DNA of 64,000 bases from Verrucomicrobiota bacterium. GTDB taxonomy: Bacteria; Verrucomicrobiota; Verrucomicrobiia; Limisphaerales; Palsa-1400. The position numbers and the translations under genes were made by a program. Location: contig JBEKYR010000020.1 in NCBI GenBank assembly GCA_049510745.1, positions 23,555 through 87,554 on the forward strand. The letters are read 5' to 3'. Positions 61,301-64,000 of the stretch are shown piece by piece. The stretch's first letter is position 1, and each line of letters begins with the position of its first letter. The notes beneath the pieces were generated by a model that was not told the DNA's origin, searched no databases, and saw nothing but the letters and a program-made list of their open reading frames with translations.

Positions 61301-61395
61301 CCGCCCGGCGCCGCCCCGCCCGCCGGCCCGGCGCCCCCCAGCCACAGCCCGAAGGCGGCCGCCATTGCCCCGAGCCTGAGAAAACGCCGGCGCAT
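58366..61395 (-). CDS. Sensor histidine kinase with Reg_prop beta-propeller, Y_Y_Y and HisKA_3 domains
   Basis: Repeated DxxGxLWxGT; FRYRLEG...LPPGSYRFQVRACNEDGVW; ERARIARDIHD. Confidence 0.93.
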   Translation of the reverse strand: MRRRFLRLGAMAAAFGLWLGGAGPAGGAAPGGNYSIDTWGTEQGLLPDGSVIAMLQTRDGYLWLGTLNGLVRFDGVRFTVFDESNTPKLQSIRIVRLFEDSQGNLWVGTETAGVALIEEGRVQSLKIGRGRRRGHLASVCEDFTGAVWLLTEDGQLGRSAHGSVDVWNLNSGAGRSVIAEKGGKVWLGAGNRIVGLDPAAVRSEAALPTTPGPAVERQLDLLLASRSGGFWCLADGFIRKYSGTNVVGAAIPYPWTGKALDMVKAACEDRDGNLVVATGGSSGQGIFWFDERGNFTRICATNRLPNDSVYCLHVDADGDLWAGLDGGGLNRIKRRAFKLLGETYGSVVQSLCPDAQGGVWMSAKSQDFSYWKDGLLRPVPSIPGPMSKFNPTAILVDRQQRVWAAAKPALGAGLFRLENGVFRPVLNMSTPEMSALFEDRSGGLWVGTEGGLGHWDGSRWQMLTTNNGLSANSVHALAQDRSGDLWIGTELGGLDRLRDGHIASFQQNNGFPSDNISALYVDADDVLWAGTFGNGLIRLRDGHWTHYTTENGLIGNSIDYLIEDGDGFLWIGSNAGLMRARRKDLNAFAAGAIDFISCRAYDKRDGLPATECTLGAQPAACRTPAGDLWFPTIAGVVSVNPKDIHSNTNPPPVVIESALVEGQDNTNGPHAAPPPSVVIPAGREHLEIQYTSLNLGAADRARFRYRLEGHETKWNEAGSRRFARYATLPPGSYRFQVRACNEDGVWNETGASLAVLVLPLFWQTAWFRALLAAALLGLVSGAVYYISTQKLQRQVAALRQQQALEKERARIARDIHDQVGASLTQLALLGDMAEADKDNPEEAAAHARQISQTSRETSRALDEIVWTVNPSNDTLDGLVNYICKQAQDYLGTAGVRFRLDVPPQLPPAAISPETRHNVFLAAREAVTNVVKHARASEACLRLRLDPDSFTLEIEDNGRGPAGLNEKAAASRNGLRNMRKRMEDIGGGFLIGPGGQGGTRVRLTVPLARS

Positions 61396-61430
61396 GAGGA
61401 AGGGATCGGAATTGAACTGCCGTGGTGTCC

Positions 61431-62531
61431 TCACCGGAAGAGCAACGGCGTAAAGTCCGCCAGGTTGCGCCGCCAAACCCTCCAGCTATGCACGCCCGGA
61501 ACCTCCGTCCAGTCGCATTGCACCTCTTTGGTTTTGAGCCATTGGACAAAGGCCCGATTCGGCTCGATTAACCGGTCGTCCTTTCCGCAGGAAATCCAGA
61601 GCCGGCGCAATTGGCTGTTGGCCCGGGCGTCGAGGGCGGGGAACTGCCCGGCAAAATTGGTGTCCAGCCCGCCGGAGCTGAAGGCGCCAATCCAGGCGAA
61701 CCGGTCCAGGTGGTTCAATCCGACCGTCAACGATTCCGTTCCGCCCATCGACAGCCCGGCGATGGCGCGCGCCTTGCGGTCTTTGGAAACGCGGTAGGCC
61801 GATTCCACTTGCGGCAATACTTCATCCAGCAGCGCCGCGCCGAATTGCTCCACGTTGCGCCGCCACAAATCCCCTTCCCGAACGCGCCCCCAGCCGCGCT
61901 GGACAATTTCCATTGTTCCGTAGCCCAAGGGCATGACGACGATCATCGGCTTGGCCTGCCGGCGCGCGATCAGGTTGTCGAGGATGACGTTGGCCTGGCC
62001 GACGGACCACCAGGCCGTGGCGTCGTCGCTGTAACCGTGCAACAGATAGAGCACCGGATAATGCTTGCGGGCCGACGGCTTGTAGCCGGGCGGAGTATAA
62101 ACAAAATAGGCGCGTTCATCGCCCGCCGCGGCGGACTTGTAAAGATGCCGATGGACCACGCCGTGGGGAACGTCATTGACCTCCCAGGGAAGCGAGGCCG
62201 GGCCGGGCACATGCACCTGGCTTTCGGAGTTGAGCAGGTTGTATTTCATCAGCGGATTGTTCGGGTCCATGACCCGCAAGCCATCGACGAGAAACGAATA
62301 CCCGTAAAAATCCGGCTCCAGCGGTTCGGTGGTGAACGACCAGACGCCCTGGCCGTCCTTTTGCATGGTGGCGGGTTGGAGGCTTTCGCATTGCAGCCGG
62401 ACCTCCCGCGCGCCGGGGGCGCTGAGCCGGAAAGTCACGCGGCCATCGGGCTGGACCTCGGGAGCGGGGGGCGATTGCGAAAACACAGGAGTGGCCAGAG
62501 TTGTCATAAGGAGCAAAGGAAGCGATCTCAT
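61431..62531 (-). CDS. Secreted esterase (CBM48-like N-domain + CE1-type alpha/beta hydrolase)
   Basis: VTFRLSAPGA, YPVLYLLHG, AGLSMGG and GVHSW motifs. Confidence 0.9.
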   Translation of the reverse strand: MRSLPLLLMTTLATPVFSQSPPAPEVQPDGRVTFRLSAPGAREVRLQCESLQPATMQKDGQGVWSFTTEPLEPDFYGYSFLVDGLRVMDPNNPLMKYNLLNSESQVHVPGPASLPWEVNDVPHGVVHRHLYKSAAAGDERAYFVYTPPGYKPSARKHYPVLYLLHGYSDDATAWWSVGQANVILDNLIARRQAKPMIVVMPLGYGTMEIVQRGWGRVREGDLWRRNVEQFGAALLDEVLPQVESAYRVSKDRKARAIAGLSMGGTESLTVGLNHLDRFAWIGAFSSGGLDTNFAGQFPALDARANSQLRRLWISCGKDDRLIEPNRAFVQWLKTKEVQCDWTEVPGVHSWRVWRRNLADFTPLLFR

Positions 62532-62619
62532 GCGGCGAAGATAACGTCAAACGGCCGGCGCGGACAAGGATGAAGGATGAAGGATGATGTCCGCACCTGA
62601 TGGCGGGCATCGAGTGGGG

Positions 62620-62686
62620 TTGACTTGGCTTGGCCGACCTTGACTCGCCTTGACCAGGCTTGACCAAGCTTGACCAGGCTTGACCA
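62620..62686. repeat. 10-bp tandem array (TTGACCAGGC)x~7
   Basis: Reverse complement of the same family as 11371-11420; flanked by 7-bp arrays (GGATGAA)n and (AATCGAA)n. Confidence 0.8.
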
Positions 62687-62739
62687 CAGTGTCCGGGAAC
62701 TTCATTGAAAACTCGTAATCGAAAATTGAAAATCGAACC

Positions 62740-63719
62740 CGCTCCCACCGGCACTCCAAAGCACGCGCTCTGGCTCTGCGCAAAATCGCTCAAGTCGGCC
62801 CGTTCCTGGAGGGCGCCCTCTGCCAGTTCCAGCGCCCCGGCTGCGCCCAACCAGGCTGGCACCTGACCTTCAAGCAAAAAGGGCGCACCCGTACCGTCTA
62901 TGTGCCGATGGACCTGGTCAGCGATGTCAAATCATGGACTCGAACCTACAAACACCTCAAAAAACTGATTCGGGAAGTTACCCGCCACTCCTTGGGCCTG
63001 ATTCGCGGCCATGTCGCAAACCAGCGGGCCGCAAAGCGCTCCGGGGTCTTGACGAAGCGCTAACCGCCCAAGCCTTGGTGCGGGTGGTCCGGGCCGTTTT
63101 CCCGTGTCTCAACGACTGGCTCAACGACCTGCCCGACCCGCGCGTCCAAGAGATGTGCCTCTACAGCGCCGCCCACCTCTGGTGGCAGGTCCTGGCCACC
63201 TACCTCTGCCGCAAGGGCTCGCGCCACGGGTTCGACCAGCAGCGCCAAGATGGCCGGCAAGGGTTGCGGGATTTTTGCTGGATCGAAAATGTCATGCTGT
63301 GATCCCACCAAACCCAGGTCATGCTGGTGGGCGAAATCACCACCGAGGCGGCCACCCTTTACGCTTACAGCACCAATTTTTCAAATCTCACGCCCCAACG
63401 CGTGGCCGCGGTGGTCATGTCGGGCGGGCGGGAAAGGCATCTGATCGAAGACACGTTCAACGCCCAAAAAAACAACGGGATCGGGTTGGAACACGTTTTC
63501 TGCGCCCATGCCACGGCCTCCAAAAACTACTACACCATGATGCAGGTCGCCCAGGTGCTCTGGACTTTCACTTGCCGCGGTTGTTTGCAACGACTCTATG
63601 ACTGGGCCCGCCGGGCCACCGAGCGGGGCTTGGCCCAGGCTCTCTGGGAAGGGTTGCGGGCCGCCCGCCTGCCGCCAGACTTGCCGCTTTTGGGACAAAT
63701 CCGCTTCGGCTTCACTTAG
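62740..63719 (+). mobile_element. Degraded IS: 5'-truncated DUF6788-like accessory ORF plus transposase N- and C-terminal fragments
   Basis: Frame 62761-63063 reads GPFLEGALC...WHLTFKQKGRTRTVYVP with no start; then LNDLPDPRVQEMCLYS and GRERHLIEDTFNAQKNNGIGLEH with the central DDE region missing. Confidence 0.7.
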
Positions 63720-64000
63720 CTGGCCGGCGCGGAAAGCATCCAGCCCGATCCTGTTGACAGTCTAAATAACGAAGTCCGGCACCCTTTGCACGGCATCCAT
63801 GCTTGCGTTCCACACAGCCAAACACATCGCCCTCTCCGCTACGCTGCTTTGCTCTGAGAATGAAAAGGACTTATTTGGAATCAGCTGTGTTCGGCATGGG
63901 GTATGCTTTTGAGCCGCTCCGTGCCGCCGTTGGCGCGGGGCCGCCAGGAAATTCGATTGACACAGAAACGCCGCGCCATTGTCACACAATTGTAACTTGT

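Noticed and set aside
40635..61797. Long antisense ORFs (40635-43334, 46013-48934, 58600-61797 and similar)
   Set aside because: Shadow frames of well-supported genes in GC-rich DNA, with no recognisable motifs.

Overview
GC-rich bacterial chromosome segment. GloVer repeats, a VPDSG/PEP-CTERM-type sorting signal and a prepilin-type gene suggest Verrucomicrobiota of the Pedosphaera type (inference). Core genes include prmA, a GuaB3-type IMPDH, exbBD/tonB-like genes, hpt, cls, gluQ, purA, kdpDE, rsmA, queE and tRNA-Pro. They alternate with accessory stretches: a 2422-aa GloVer/Ig surface protein; a decayed island (~23-30.5 kb) at tRNA-Pro with an integrase remnant and a tRNA-Gly 3' fragment; a MacAB-TolC-like pump plus kdpDE bracketed by a direct repeat; and three repeat-rich hotspots (~10-11.6, ~50.8-54.3, ~62.6-63.7 kb) with RAYT/REP elements and IS debris. 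Best leads: (1) a homologous ~120-bp inverted-repeat element directly behind two unrelated AT-richer genes 42 kb apart, a cassette-like layout near RAYT transposases; (2) a DPP-IV-like peptidase with an inserted pVHL-like beta domain that keeps the hydroxyproline-pocket residues; (3) a TMEM260/DUF2723-like glycosyltransferase in an ECF-sigma operon; (4) a candidate attenuator in the purA leader. No CRISPR array, rRNA or reverse transcriptase was seen. All family calls are motif recognition by eye, not database searches.
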